Assembly: GCA_963722845.1 (NCBI GenBank) | Contig: CAVROL010000003.1 | Span: 357,733 to 421,732 of the forward strand | DNA: 64,000 bases | Direction: 5' to 3' | From: Terriglobia bacterium | GTDB lineage: Bacteria; Acidobacteriota; Terriglobia; Bryobacterales; Bryobacteraceae | Part shown: in pieces, positions 1-9,793 of the stretch | How the letters are laid out: every line of letters starts with the position of its first letter | Position numbering within the stretch: the first letter of the stretch is position 1 | Made by a program: the position numbers and the translations under genes | Notes under the pieces: generated by a model | What the model saw: only the letters and a program-made list of their open reading frames with translations | Told to the model about the DNA's origin: nothing | Database searches by the model: none

Positions 1-699
1 CGATCCCGGCATCAGCGCGAGCTCGGAGATCGCGATCTTCGGAATCAGATCCCAGGCAACGATATCGCCAAAAGGCTGGTTCTGCCGGACGCCATCCATG
101 TATACCGAGATCCCTTCCGGAGTGCCGAGCAAGGGCGACGCCGTATAGCCCCGATAGCTGACGTCGGGCTGGTACGGATTCTCCTGATTCTGGTTGATGT
201 GGACGCCGCCCAGCCGCGTGTTCAGCAGGTCGGACAAATCGAGCGCTCCGCTCTGCTCCAGATCGCGCGCGCTGGCCGTCTGAACCGGTGCGGCGATCTC
301 GTCTATCGGCAGGTCGGTTCCGGGAAGCGGAGTCGCCGCGACCACGTCGATCCTGGAAGCCTGCGCCGCGAGCGCCATCATCACTGTGCGCGAGACCGGC
401 GTCCCCGCTTCCACGTCGATCAAGACAGACTGGGTGGCGAATCCGGCTTTCGATATTTCCAGACGGTATCGGCCCGGAGAAAGGTTCGAAAAAGTGTACG
501 TGCCCTGAGAATCGGTCTTAAAGCTGAGATCTGTTTTGCCGGCGGGGCTCTCCAGCTTGCCCGAGGCCTCCATGGCGAGACCCGAGGTATCCTGAACCTG
601 AATCCGGAGTTCACCCGTCTGGGATTGGCCGAATACGAGCGCCGTGACGCACAAGAACAGACACACCTGGCGCCTGAAGTTCTTGCGAGAGCGAGGCAT
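1..699 (-). CDS. TonB-dependent receptor, N-terminal part (gene continues past the left edge)
   Basis: My own translation of the minus strand from ATG at 697-699 gives [37 protein letters not shown]...[12 protein letters not shown], a carboxypeptidase-regulatory-like domain. This is followed by plug-like text: [56 protein letters not shown]. The frame is open to position 1, so it is not in the ORF track. Confidence 0.8.
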   Translation of the reverse strand, partial: MPRSRKNFRRQVCLFLCVTALVFGQSQTGELRIQVQDTSGLAMEASGKLESPAGKTDLSFKTDSQGTYTFSNLSPGRYRLEISKAGFATQSVLIDVEAGTPVSRTVMMALAAQASRIDVVAATPLPGTDLPIDEIAAPVQTASARDLEQSGALDLSDLLNTRLGGVHINQNQENPYQPDVSYRGYTASPLLGTPEGISVYMDGVRQNQPFGDIVAWDLIPKIAISELALMPGS

Positions 700-774
700 A
701 TACGTTAATCCCATTGTCGGAGGTTCTGTTCAGCCTTTTTGCTTGAATATGCGAATTTTGTTATCCTCCCCGGC

Positions 775-1635
775 ATGCCCCGCATGACTCGTGCAATTCG
801 CGTCCGCAGCGCCGCCGCCGTGCTGGCGCTGCTCGGAGCTTGGGCGGCTTACACGCAGACTCAAACCGCACCGCGCCCCGCGACGACCCAAAAGGTCAAA
901 GACGGCCTCTACATGATCTCGGGCGAAGGCGGGAACGTCGCCGCGCTGGTCACTGACGAAGGGCTGATCCTGGTCGACGACATGTACGATCGCAACTATG
1001 CCGCCGTCATGGGCCAGGTGAAAATGCTCAGCGGCAAGCCGATCCGGTACGTGCTCAACACCCACCAGCATGACGATCATTCCGGCGGCAACGCCCAGAT
1101 GCTGGCAGCGTCGGTGGAAGTGATCGCGCACCGCAACGCGCGCATTAACATGATCGCGCTGAAGCAGCCCGGGGCGCCCCGCATCACCTTCGACCAAGAG
1201 ATGGACGTGCACCTGGGCGGTCAGGAAGTCCGCACCCGGCACTACGGACGCGGCCATACCGGGGGCGACGCCGTCATCTATTTCCCCGAGCAGAAGGTGA
1301 TCCACACCGGCGACCTGTTTCTCACTCGGCCCACGCAGCCTTATATCGATTACGCCAACGGCGGCAGCGCCATCGAGTGGACCAAGGCGCTGGATGAGGT
1401 CCTGAAGCTCGATTTCGACACCATCATTCCGGGACACGGTCCGCTCTCCGACCGCGCCGGCTTACTGAAATGGCGCGCCGATTTCGAGACTATGCGCAAC
1501 CGGATCCAAGGCATGGTTCGCCAGGGCAAGAGCAAAGACGAAGTTTCGCAGACGCTGATCAAGGATTTCGGCTGGCCCGTGGGAGGCCTGGCGATAGCGC
1601 AGGTGGACGCCCTGATCGCAGAGTTGAAGCAGTAG
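775..1635 (+). CDS. MBL-fold metallo-hydrolase, secreted
   Basis: Track ORF 739-1635. It has the HxHxDH motif (NTHQHDDHSGGN), later GHTGGD and a signal-peptide-like N-terminus (MPRMTRAIRVRSAAAVLALLGAWAAY). Start chosen at ATG 775; 739 (TTG) or 784 are also possible. Confidence 0.85.
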   Translation: MPRMTRAIRVRSAAAVLALLGAWAAYTQTQTAPRPATTQKVKDGLYMISGEGGNVAALVTDEGLILVDDMYDRNYAAVMGQVKMLSGKPIRYVLNTHQHDDHSGGNAQMLAASVEVIAHRNARINMIALKQPGAPRITFDQEMDVHLGGQEVRTRHYGRGHTGGDAVIYFPEQKVIHTGDLFLTRPTQPYIDYANGGSAIEWTKALDEVLKLDFDTIIPGHGPLSDRAGLLKWRADFETMRNRIQGMVRQGKSKDEVSQTLIKDFGWPVGGLAIAQVDALIAELKQ

Positions 1636-1653
1636 CAGCTGCGACGCCGCCAG

Positions 1654-3241
1654 ATGTTCAACAGAACCACTGCCCGTCGAGTCTACTTAGCGGCACTGCT
1701 TAGTCTTGTCCTGGTGACCGTCGGAGGCGTATTCTCCAATGGACTCTTCCTGATCGCCCAGCCGTATCAGATCAACTATGGCGAAGGCCTGGTTGCCTGG
1801 CAGGCCGCCAACATCACCAATCCGGCGCGAGCGTTTGCACCGTTCGATCGATACCCGTTCGTGGCGTTCCAATATCCTCCGCTGTTTCACCTGGCGGCTC
1901 GCGCGATCCGGACGGCCGTGGGATTCGTCACCCGGCGATTTGCTCATGCCCGCTCGAGCGGTATCCGTGCTCTCCGCCGCGCTCATCTGTCTGGTTGCCG
2001 GCTGGGCCGTTTTCCAGATTTTGCCGCGCCGGTCGAGTTGGCAAATGCGCCTGTTCGCGGCGACGTTTGCAGCGGCGCTCCCCACCTCGCTCTACAATTT
2101 CAGCTGGACCTGGCTGGCGAGAGTCGACACGCTGGCGATCCTGCTCGCGTTCAGCGGCGTAGTCCTGCTGGCGACTCGAGTCACTTCGGTTCCAGCGCAG
2201 ATTCTGGCTGCCGTTTTCATGACCGCGGGGCTCTTTACCCGTCAGACGGTTCTGGCGGCTCCGCTCGCCTGCCTGCTGGTTTCCTGGCTCATCGATCGCA
2301 AGATCGCGCTGCGCATGCTGCTGACGATGTTCATCCTGGGAGGCGGCGCATTGGCCTTCCTCACCTGGTGGTCGCACGGCCAAGCGCTACTCCATCTATT
2401 CCGCTACAACCAGAATCCTTTTTCGATCCAGCGAGCGGCGATGGGACTGCTGATGAACGCGCGCTATGTGGCTGGTCTTCTCGTGCTGGCGGCGGGCGCG
2501 TCCTGGACCGTCCTGAACGGCGCTTCGGCGTCGATGCATCAACGCCGGTGGGACTTGCTGGCCGCGAACTTGCGCGTGAACCGTTACCGGCGCGGAATCT
2601 TCCTGCTGGCCCTGTACAGTATGCTTGCGGGTTTGAGTGCGCTGGCCTTCGGGAAAGAAGGCGCCGATATCAACTATTTTCTCGAGTGGAACGTATCGTT
2701 AGTGCCGCTGGCGGGGGTTTTGCTATTTCGCGCGGCGCCAGGCGCACGCGACCTCGCGCATTTGCGGCCGCCACGGCTGGCAGCCCTGGCGATACCGTTA
2801 TTGCTGCTCAATGCAGGCTTCGATCAGGCTCGCACCGGATGGCTGCGCGTCTTCGGCCCGGTTTCCGCCGCGGATCAGCAACGCCGGGACGTCTTTGACC
2901 GGGCGCTGGCTGCGGTCAAGGCGGCGCCGGGACGGGTCTTCTCGGAAGACATGAATCTGCTGAACCAAGCCGGAAAAGAGATTCCCGCTGACCCGGTAAT
3001 GATCCAGTGCCTGGCGGTCGCAGGCATGTGGGACGAACGCCCTTTCCTGCGACTGATCCAGGAACGGAGTTTTTCCTTAATTGTGGCGTACGACCTTTCT
3101 TCACGAGAACGCTACTCACCGGCAGTGGCCGCTGCCATTGAGCGCGCATATCAGGAGACCAAGACGATCGGCGATTACAGATTTTATAGTCCCCGGCCAG
3201 TCGTTTCCGATGCTTCCCGGGGCACGTCAACGCGCCCGTGA
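1654..3241 (+). CDS. Polytopic membrane protein, ArnT/PMT-like (GT-C type) glycosyltransferase architecture; one frame break near 1915-1935
   Basis: Two overlapping track ORFs cover this gene. Frame of 1654 is membrane-protein-like only up to ...PPLFHLAARAIRT. Frame of 1778 is membrane-protein-like from ...LLMPARAVSVLSAALICLVAGW to the stop at 3241. The protein has many hydrophobic helices and then a soluble C-terminal domain. The family call rests on architecture only. Confidence 0.55.
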
Positions 3242-3342
3242 TAGCATACTATGAGCAAACGCTAGCCAGGGGGCTCCGTGCCAAGGAACGACTGGCAAAA
3301 ATCTGCCCGGCGCAGTGCGGATAGAAGCTGAGGGGAAACACA

Positions 3343-5388
3343 ATGTTGCGTGGGTCTCGCGTTCGGAAGGCAGGATTTTGTGCGCTGTTTTTTGGATTCG
3401 CGGCGGCGTGGACCGCTGTAGCCCAGCAACCCCGCAAGGTGGATGACGCGGCTCTCCGCGACGCAAACCGGACCGGCGAAGAGTGGATCAGCTACAACCT
3501 GGGCTGGTCCGAGCAGCGCTTCAGCCAGCTGAACCAGATCACTTCGCAGAACGCGAACCGGCTGGGCCTCGCCTGGTACACCGACATCCCCTCCGCGCGC
3601 GGCAATCCGCAAACCCGTCAGGAAGGCACTCCGTTGGTCTCAAACGGCATGATCTATAGCATCGCGCCGTGGAGCGTGGTGTACGCCGTCGACGCGCGCA
3701 CCGGCAAAGAGGCCTGGCATTCGGATCCGGACGTCAACCAGCAAGTCTGGCAGTCGCGAATCTGCTGCGGCGTGGTGAATCGCGGCATCGCGATGTATGA
3801 GGATAAGATCATCGCGCCGGTAGTCGACGGAAGGCTGCGCGCACTCGACGCCGCCACCGGCAAGCTGGTTTGGGAATCGCGAGTTTCGCCCGCAAACATG
3901 GCCTACACGATCACCATGGCCCCGCGCGTCATCAAGGGCGGCAAGGTCATCATCGGCGTGAGCGGCGGCGAGTATGGAGTGCGCGGATTCTTCGACGCCT
4001 ACGACGTGGAAACCGGCAAGCGCGCATGGCGCTTCTATACGGTTCCCGGAGATCCTTCGAAACCCTTCGAGCAGCCCGAGCTGGCCGATTGGGCCAAGAC
4101 CTGGTCCGGCGAATGGTGGAAGATCGGCGGCGGCGGGCCGGTCTGGAACGGCATGGCTTACGATCCGGACTCCGACATTCTTTATGTGGGTACCGGCCAG
4201 CCCGGCCCCTGGACCGAAGTGTCCCGCGGCAAGGGCGACAACCTTTGTACCGATTGCATCATCGCGGTTCGCGGCGCCACCGGCAAATATATCTGGCACT
4301 ACCAGACCACTCCCGGCGACGATTGGGATTTCGATTCCATCGCCGACATCATGCTGGCCGATCTGAACATCAATGGACGTCAACGCCAGGTGGTCATGCA
4401 CGCGCCCAAGAACGGATTCTTTTACGTTCTGGATCGCAGGACTGGAGAACTTCTTTCCGCCGATCCATGGGTGACTGTGAACTGGGCTTCTGGGGTCGAT
4501 TTAAAGACGGGCCGGCCCAGAGTGAATCCGGAGGCTCGCTATGGAACAGACTCCGTCAGCATCACTCCTGGTCCCGGCGGCGGTCACGTGTGGCCGCCCT
4601 GGTCCTTCAACCCGAATACCGGATTGGTCTATATCCCCAGCACGATCGGCGGCGGCTACACGTTCCAGGCGAATCCGGATTTCGTGCCGCTGCCGACCGA
4701 TATCGGTCCGGAAGGGCGCGGGCAGATGAACATGGGTACAGGACGCGCCGGCGGAGGTCGCGGTGGCGCGGCTGCCGGTGCAGGTGGTGCGGGAGCGGGA
4801 CGCGGTGCGGCACCGGGCCTGGCTCCGGGATTGGATGCAGCAGCGGTCGCAGCAGCGGGCGGAGCCGGCCGTGGAGCGGGAGCACCTCCCGCGGGTGGAC
4901 CCGGTGGTGGACCTGGTGGACGTGGTCCGGCTGGCCCGCCTCCTCCGTCGCCTCCTTCGATCGGACCCGAGGGGCGCGGTAACATTCTGGTCGCCTGGGA
5001 CCCCATCGCGGGAAAGGAACGCTGGCGAGGATTGTCCGCCGGCTTTAACCAGGGCGGCACGCTTTCGACTGCGGGGAATCTGGTGTTCGCGAGCGTGAAC
5101 ACGCGGCTGATTATTTATCGCGCCGATAATGGCGATCAGCTCATGGACATCACCACGGGACTCTCGCAGATGGGTCCGCCGATGACGTTCCTGCTGGACG
5201 GCAAACAGTACGTCGCGATCGCCGGTGGACCGCCGCAAACAGGCGGCGGACGCGGTCGGGGTGCGGCGCCGGCAGCTGACGCAGTTCCTACTCCCCCACA
5301 ACCTTCGAGATTGCTGGTCTACGCGCTGGATGGAAAGGCAACTCTGCCTGCACCGCCCGCCGCGCCGGCCCCGCCGGCGGGACGCTAA
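3343..5388 (+). CDS. PQQ-dependent dehydrogenase (alcohol/methanol-ethanol family quinoprotein), periplasmic
   Basis: 681-aa track ORF with a signal peptide. It carries the vicinal Cys pair (SRICCGVVNRG) typical of PQQ alcohol dehydrogenases and repeated propeller W-motifs (GKEAW, GKLVW, GKRAW, GKYIW, GKERW). A GAGGGGA SD precedes the ATG. It also contains a G/A/P/R-rich insertion (see findings). Confidence 0.9.
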   Translation: MLRGSRVRKAGFCALFFGFAAAWTAVAQQPRKVDDAALRDANRTGEEWISYNLGWSEQRFSQLNQITSQNANRLGLAWYTDIPSARGNPQTRQEGTPLVSNGMIYSIAPWSVVYAVDARTGKEAWHSDPDVNQQVWQSRICCGVVNRGIAMYEDKIIAPVVDGRLRALDAATGKLVWESRVSPANMAYTITMAPRVIKGGKVIIGVSGGEYGVRGFFDAYDVETGKRAWRFYTVPGDPSKPFEQPELADWAKTWSGEWWKIGGGGPVWNGMAYDPDSDILYVGTGQPGPWTEVSRGKGDNLCTDCIIAVRGATGKYIWHYQTTPGDDWDFDSIADIMLADLNINGRQRQVVMHAPKNGFFYVLDRRTGELLSADPWVTVNWASGVDLKTGRPRVNPEARYGTDSVSITPGPGGGHVWPPWSFNPNTGLVYIPSTIGGGYTFQANPDFVPLPTDIGPEGRGQMNMGTGRAGGGRGGAAAGAGGAGAGRGAAPGLAPGLDAAAVAAAGGAGRGAGAPPAGGPGGGPGGRGPAGPPPPSPPSIGPEGRGNILVAWDPIAGKERWRGLSAGFNQGGTLSTAGNLVFASVNTRLIIYRADNGDQLMDITTGLSQMGPPMTFLLDGKQYVAIAGGPPQTGGGRGRGAAPAADAVPTPPQPSRLLVYALDGKATLPAPPAAPAPPAGR

Positions 5389-5411
5389 AATATTGCGGAG
5401 AGGGACTTCCC

Positions 5412-6282
5412 ATGAAGAGTTTGTTGAATCCGTTCGCCGCGGCGATCGTGCTGGCTGTTCTGCCGGTCAGTTGCGATCCGGAGTATCGCTCAGTGGCCGG
5501 ATTACGCCACGAAGGGAGTTCCCCGCGAGCCTGACGGCAAGGTGAAACTCGACGCGCCCGCGCCTAAGGCGCCCGATGGCCATCCGGATCTCTCCGGCGT
5601 CTGGGATCTTCGCGGTACCGGCGGTCGCGGCGGACCCGGTGGCCGGGGCGGACCCGGTGCGGCAAAGGGTAAAGCTCCGGAGCTGCCCCCTGGGACTCCT
5701 CCCAACGCCACATTCAAGAACATAGGTTCCGGATTTAAGGAAGGTCTGCCGCTGACGTCGTGGGCCGCGGATCTGTTGCAGAAGCGGCGGTCGGAAAACA
5801 GCAAGGACAACCCCGACGCACATTGTCTGCCGCTGGGCCTGATGCAGCTCCACATGCATCCACAGCCTCGGAAGATTATCCAGACTCCAGGTCTGATCGT
5901 CATGCTCTATGAAGCCCAGGGAGGCATCCGTCAGATCTTCACCGATGGCCGGCCTTTGCCGAAGGACGTCGAGCCCTGGTGGTACGGTTACTCGGTCGGA
6001 CATTGGGAAGACGATACGCTGGTGGTCGAAACGACTGGCTTCCGCGATGACGTCTGGCTGGATATCGACGGCAGCCCGCTCACCGAATCCGGCAAGATGA
6101 CCGAGCGGATGAAGCGATTAAATTACGGAACGCTGCAAACCGACGTGACCATCGAGGATCCGAAAGCCTACACCAAGCCATTTACGGTGCGGGTGACCCA
6201 TCGCCTTCTGCCCGACACCGATTTGATCGAGTTTATCTGCACGGAAAACGATCGCAGCGGGCCGCACCTGGTCGGCAAGTAG
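5412..6282 (+). CDS. Conserved secreted protein of unknown function (PDLSGVW / GHWE-LVVETTGF family); one frame break near 5465-5490
   Basis: Track ORF 5542-6282 stays protein-like upstream of its listed start (WPDYATKGVPREPDGKVKLDAPAPKAPDGHPDLSGVW). The matching signal peptide MKSLLNPFAAAIVLAVLPVS starts at ATG 5412 in another frame. It is a paralog of 9790-10827. Confidence 0.6.
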
Positions 6283-6305
6283 GACAGGCGATCTTGTCGC
6301 CTGTC
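6283..6305. terminator. Hairpin between convergent genes (GACAGGCGA-tcttg-TCGCCTGTC)
   Basis: Perfect 9-bp stem directly after the stop at 6282 and before the stop of the minus-strand gene at 6310. There is no U-tract. Confidence 0.4.
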
Positions 6306-6309
6306 AACC

Positions 6310-8139
6310 CTAAGGCAGCGCGAACACGACCACAGTATCAGAGGCCGTGATCGCGACGTATTGCTTCCCGCTCTTACCTAAATACGTCATCGGCACCGCG
6401 TTGCCCTGCCGGTCGAGCTGGCCGGACCACAACTCTTTGCCGGTTTTCGAATCGAACGCCCGGAAACGGTTGTCAGTAGCCGCGCCGATAAACACCAGGC
6501 CGCCCGCAGTGACCATCGGCCCCGCACTGCCCGATCCACCCACATTCCTCTTGCCTTCCGGAAGCGACTGATTGGTCCCCAGCGTTGTCTGCCATGCGAT
6601 GTCGCCCGTGTTGGCGTTCACCGCGAGGATGCGGCTCCATGGCGGCTTGTAACACGGCAGGCCGCCGACGGCGAATGCGCCCACGGTCCCGTTCACGCGA
6701 TCGTAAGGGAGATTCGCGTTCTCATACCGCGTGCCTTCCTTCTTCTTCTCGATCCAGCCGGTCAGCGGACTGTCCTTGGTCTGCACGAAAATGTAGCCCG
6801 ACTTCGGATCGGATGCCATGCCGCCCCAGCTCGCGCCTCCGGTGGCTCCCGGAAACGAAATCGTCACGCGCGGAGGAGCGCCCTCTTCGTGGAAAAGCCA
6901 CGGCGTGAACGGACCGTTGTTGTAAAAGAGATTTTTCTCCCATAGTTCCAAGCATGCCTTGGCGTGCTCGGGAGTAGTGTCATCCGCGGTGACCAGGTCC
7001 TCGCGCTTGAGACTTGTTCTTGCCAGCGCGGGCGGCTTCAAAGGAAACGGCTGCGTTGGCGAATACCACTCTCCTGGAACGTCCCCTTTGGGGACGGCAC
7101 GCTCTTCGACACCGAAGACGGGCTTGCCGGTGACGCGATCGAGAATAAACATCCAGCCCGATTTCCCCATCGCCGCCAACGCGGGAATCTTCTTGCCATC
7201 TTTGACGATATCGACCAGTCCAGGCGCGGGCGGCATATCGTAATCCCACAGATCGTGATGCACCACCTGGAAATGCCACTTGTACTTTCCGGTGTTCGCG
7301 TCGACAGCGACAACCGAATTGCCGAACAGGTTCGCGCCCGGCCGGTCGCCGCCATAGTAATTCGCCGCCGCCGCGCCGAAAGGCATGTAGAGGATGCCTC
7401 GCTCTTCGTCGGCGGTCATGTACCAGCCCCAGATGTTCGCGCCGGAGCGATCTTTCCAGCCGTCACTTAGCCAGCTTTCGTGGCCGACTTGACCGGGTCC
7501 GGGAATCGATTGAAACTCCCATAGCTTCGCCCCAGTGCGGGCATCGTACGCGCGCGAATTCCCCGGCGGACCGTTTTCTTTCTCTCCGGTGCTCGCGCCC
7601 ACCAGTACAAGGTTCTTGAAAATCGTCGGGACGCCGTTGTACGGCACCACCATGTCGAGGATGCCCTCTTTCCCGAATCCGGGATCGAGCTTGCCGCTGC
7701 CCGCGTTCAACGCGATCAGATTGCGCCCAGCGGTAAACATCACGCGCGCCGGATTCTGCTTATCGCCCGGCCAATAGGCAACGCCGCGCGGCGAAGCTTG
7801 TCCACCCGCTACTTCGTAGCTCCAAACTTCTTTCCCGGTTTCCGGATTCAGCGCGGCCACGCGCGTCTGCGTGGAGATATACATCACGCCGTTGACGACA
7901 ATCGGGACAACTTCGGCCGCGCCGCCCGCCGTCGCAAAGCGGAAATTCGACGGCTGCAGGCGATACGACCAGACCTGCGTGAGCTTGGCGACATTCGCGG
8001 TGGTGATCTGCGTCAACGGCGAATAGCGCGTGCTCGCCAGGTCGCGATTGAACATCGGCCAGTCGGCCGCGGGCGTTTTGGATTGTCCGACGAGACCCTG
8101 GGCAAGAATCGCCGTAAGAAGCGCTAAGGACCCTCGCAT
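6310..8139 (-). CDS. PQQ-dependent dehydrogenase (glucose/quinate-type quinoprotein beta-propeller), secreted
   Basis: 609-aa track ORF with a signal peptide MRGSLALLTAILAQG. The N-terminal text WPMFNRDLASTRYSPLTQITTANVAKLTQVWSY is typical of quinoproteins. Propeller repeats are present (GKEVW, GAKLW, GKYKW, GDIAW, GKELW). An AGGAGA SD lies upstream. Confidence 0.85.
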   Translation of the reverse strand: MRGSLALLTAILAQGLVGQSKTPAADWPMFNRDLASTRYSPLTQITTANVAKLTQVWSYRLQPSNFRFATAGGAAEVVPIVVNGVMYISTQTRVAALNPETGKEVWSYEVAGGQASPRGVAYWPGDKQNPARVMFTAGRNLIALNAGSGKLDPGFGKEGILDMVVPYNGVPTIFKNLVLVGASTGEKENGPPGNSRAYDARTGAKLWEFQSIPGPGQVGHESWLSDGWKDRSGANIWGWYMTADEERGILYMPFGAAAANYYGGDRPGANLFGNSVVAVDANTGKYKWHFQVVHHDLWDYDMPPAPGLVDIVKDGKKIPALAAMGKSGWMFILDRVTGKPVFGVEERAVPKGDVPGEWYSPTQPFPLKPPALARTSLKREDLVTADDTTPEHAKACLELWEKNLFYNNGPFTPWLFHEEGAPPRVTISFPGATGGASWGGMASDPKSGYIFVQTKDSPLTGWIEKKKEGTRYENANLPYDRVNGTVGAFAVGGLPCYKPPWSRILAVNANTGDIAWQTTLGTNQSLPEGKRNVGGSGSAGPMVTAGGLVFIGAATDNRFRAFDSKTGKELWSGQLDRQGNAVPMTYLGKSGKQYVAITASDTVVVFALP

Positions 8140-8162
8140 GGATTCAAGTCTCCTATCAGAAC

Positions 8163-8268
8163 GTGGGGTCAGCCTTTCGAGGCTGCAACCGGGCTTCCGC
8201 CCGGCTTATCGTGTTCAGGTGGAGCGCCGGCTGGAAAGCCGGCGGCAGGCTTGAAAGCCTGACCCCAC
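8163..8268. other. 106-nt compound palindrome (predicted three-way stem-loop element) between esterase stop and PQQ dehydrogenase start
   Basis: Outer stem GTGGGGTCAG (8163-8172) pairs with CTGACCCCAC (8259-8268) and extends imperfectly to about 24 bp. Two perfect inner hairpins are CCGGGC-ttcc-GCCCGG and CGCCGGCT-ggaa-AGCCGGCG. Confidence 0.5.
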
Positions 8269-9793
8269 TAGTGAGCGTACAGCTTATCGTAGTAAGCCTG
8301 AAACACCGCGAGCTTCGCCTCGTCCGGCGCGGGACCCATTCCGGCCTTATCGCCGAACTCCATCGCGCTCTTGTTCTTGTCGCGTCGTAGGCGATCCACT
8401 TCGGAAGACCCTTGCCGTTCGGATCTCCGGTCGCGGCGAAGTTCACCCAATAGGACGACATGGTGTCCGCCACCTGGCGATCCACATCGGTCCAGGCGCG
8501 GGGGCCGCGCAGGTTGTTGAACACGTACGGAAGCTCCGACGTGTGAACCGCGCTGCCATGCGGCCCGGGCCCGAATTTCCCGGCCTTGGCGTTCGGCAGC
8601 ACCGGCGGCTGATGCGTGAAGAAGAAGACGTAGGCCTTCGACTTTCCGGTCTTGGTCTCCATGCGAGCCCAGTTGCGCATGACGAACGCCATCTCATCGC
8701 GGCCCGCGAAGAATGCGGAATCCTTGGCCTGCTCGTCGGACCCGCCGGGATACACCTTCATGAAGGAGTCCGCGAGATCGCCGTAGCGCTTGCGGGACTG
8801 CTCTGCGTACTGCGCGGCATTGGCAGGCGTCGCGCCGAAGGATTCGTCGCGATTCGATCCCACCAGCACCGGCACGTCATTCTGCTTGCCCTGCGCGAAC
8901 ACCGTCCCGGGATCTTCCGGGATCGACCATCCGTCGACAATCGGTCCCGCGCCGCGGCCGGCTTTGAGTATCTGATCGGCCGGTTTCGCGCGCAACTCCG
9001 CGAGCGATTTGGCGCCCAGACCATCCGCATATTTCACGCCGGCCTGTTCGGCGTCTGCTAGAGTGTTCAAGCGTCCGATGGTCGCCGTGGTCCAGGAGCT
9101 GCTCTCTCCGATCGCGCGATGAAACAGTCCTTTGGCTTGCGGCGAGACCATCAGGTTGGCGACAAGGCCCGCGCCCGCCGATTCGCCGAAAATCGTCACG
9201 CGCTTCGGATCGCCGCCGAAGGCCGCGATATTCTTCTGCACCCACTGGAGCGCGGCGATTGAGTCGAGCAGACCGAAATTTCCCGCACCTCGGCGATCAG
9301 ACTCGCGCGTCAGCTCCGGATAGGAGAAGAAACCAAACACCCCCAAGCTGATAATTTATGGTGACGACGACTGCGCCCTTCTTGGCGAGCGCTTCGCCGT
9401 CATAATCAGGCTGCGAACCCGATCCGGTATTGTAACCGCCGCCGTAGATCCACACCATCACGGGACGCTTTTCACCGGCGGACTTGGCCGCCGTCCAGAC
9501 GTTCAGGTAAAGGCAATCCTCGCTCACCTTCTGACCGCCGCCGCCTCGCGATTCTGCATACACACCGGACCGAACGCGTCAGCCTGACGAACGCCATCCC
9601 AGTGGGCCGCGGGTTGCGGAACACGCCAGCGCAGGTTTTCGACTGGGGGCGCAGCGAACGGAATTCCTTTGTAAATGCGCATTTCCGGCGTTGCCCCGGC
9701 GATGCCGGCAACCTGTCCGGTATCCAGTTTGACGATATCGTTGGCCGCCGCAAACGCGCCCACGGCGGCAGCGAACAGGAGCAGGCGTTTCAC
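8268..9793 (-). pseudogene. Carboxylesterase/lipase type B, interrupted by at least 3 frame breaks
   Basis: Four track ORFs in different frames join into one esterase: 9524-9793, 9297-9563, 8156-9346 and 8268-8450. The joined text runs MKRLLLFAAAV...IPFAAPP...FGPVCMQ / GGGQKVSEDCLYLNVW...VVVTINYQLG / VFGFFSYPEL...TIFGESAGAG / ...KSAMEFGDKAGMGPAPDEAKLAVFQAYYDKLYAH*. The GESAG nucleophile elbow is present. Removing one C from the C5 run at 9340-9344 restores ...INYQLGVFGFFSYPEL. Confidence 0.85.

Noticed and set aside
199-708. Plus-strand ORFs 199-708 and 288-521, opposite the TonB-receptor gene.
   Set aside because: They are Arg-rich, low-information translations with no family resemblance. 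They lie antisense to a clearly protein-like minus-strand frame, which is typical shadow-ORF behaviour in high-GC DNA.
3640-5301. Long ORFs overlapping the PQQ dehydrogenase on other frames or strands (3640-4401, 3870-4982, 4501-5301, 4656-5102). One is a Pro-rich 148-aa product.
   Set aside because: They are shadows of the real gene. The Pro/Arg-rich text is simply the reverse-complement reading of the Gly/Ala-rich insertion.
8156-8267. The 3' extension of track ORF 8156-9346 past the esterase domain.
   Set aside because: The text after ...KWIAYDA is non-protein-like. The genuine C-terminus (...AVFQAYYDKLYAH*) is in another frame and ends at 8268. The extension merely translates the palindromic element.
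9330-9350. The many frame breaks as programmed ribosomal frameshifting or recoding sites.
   Set aside because: They occur in unrelated genes, lack slippery-heptamer plus structure contexts, and coincide with simple homopolymer runs. Sequencing indels explain them better.
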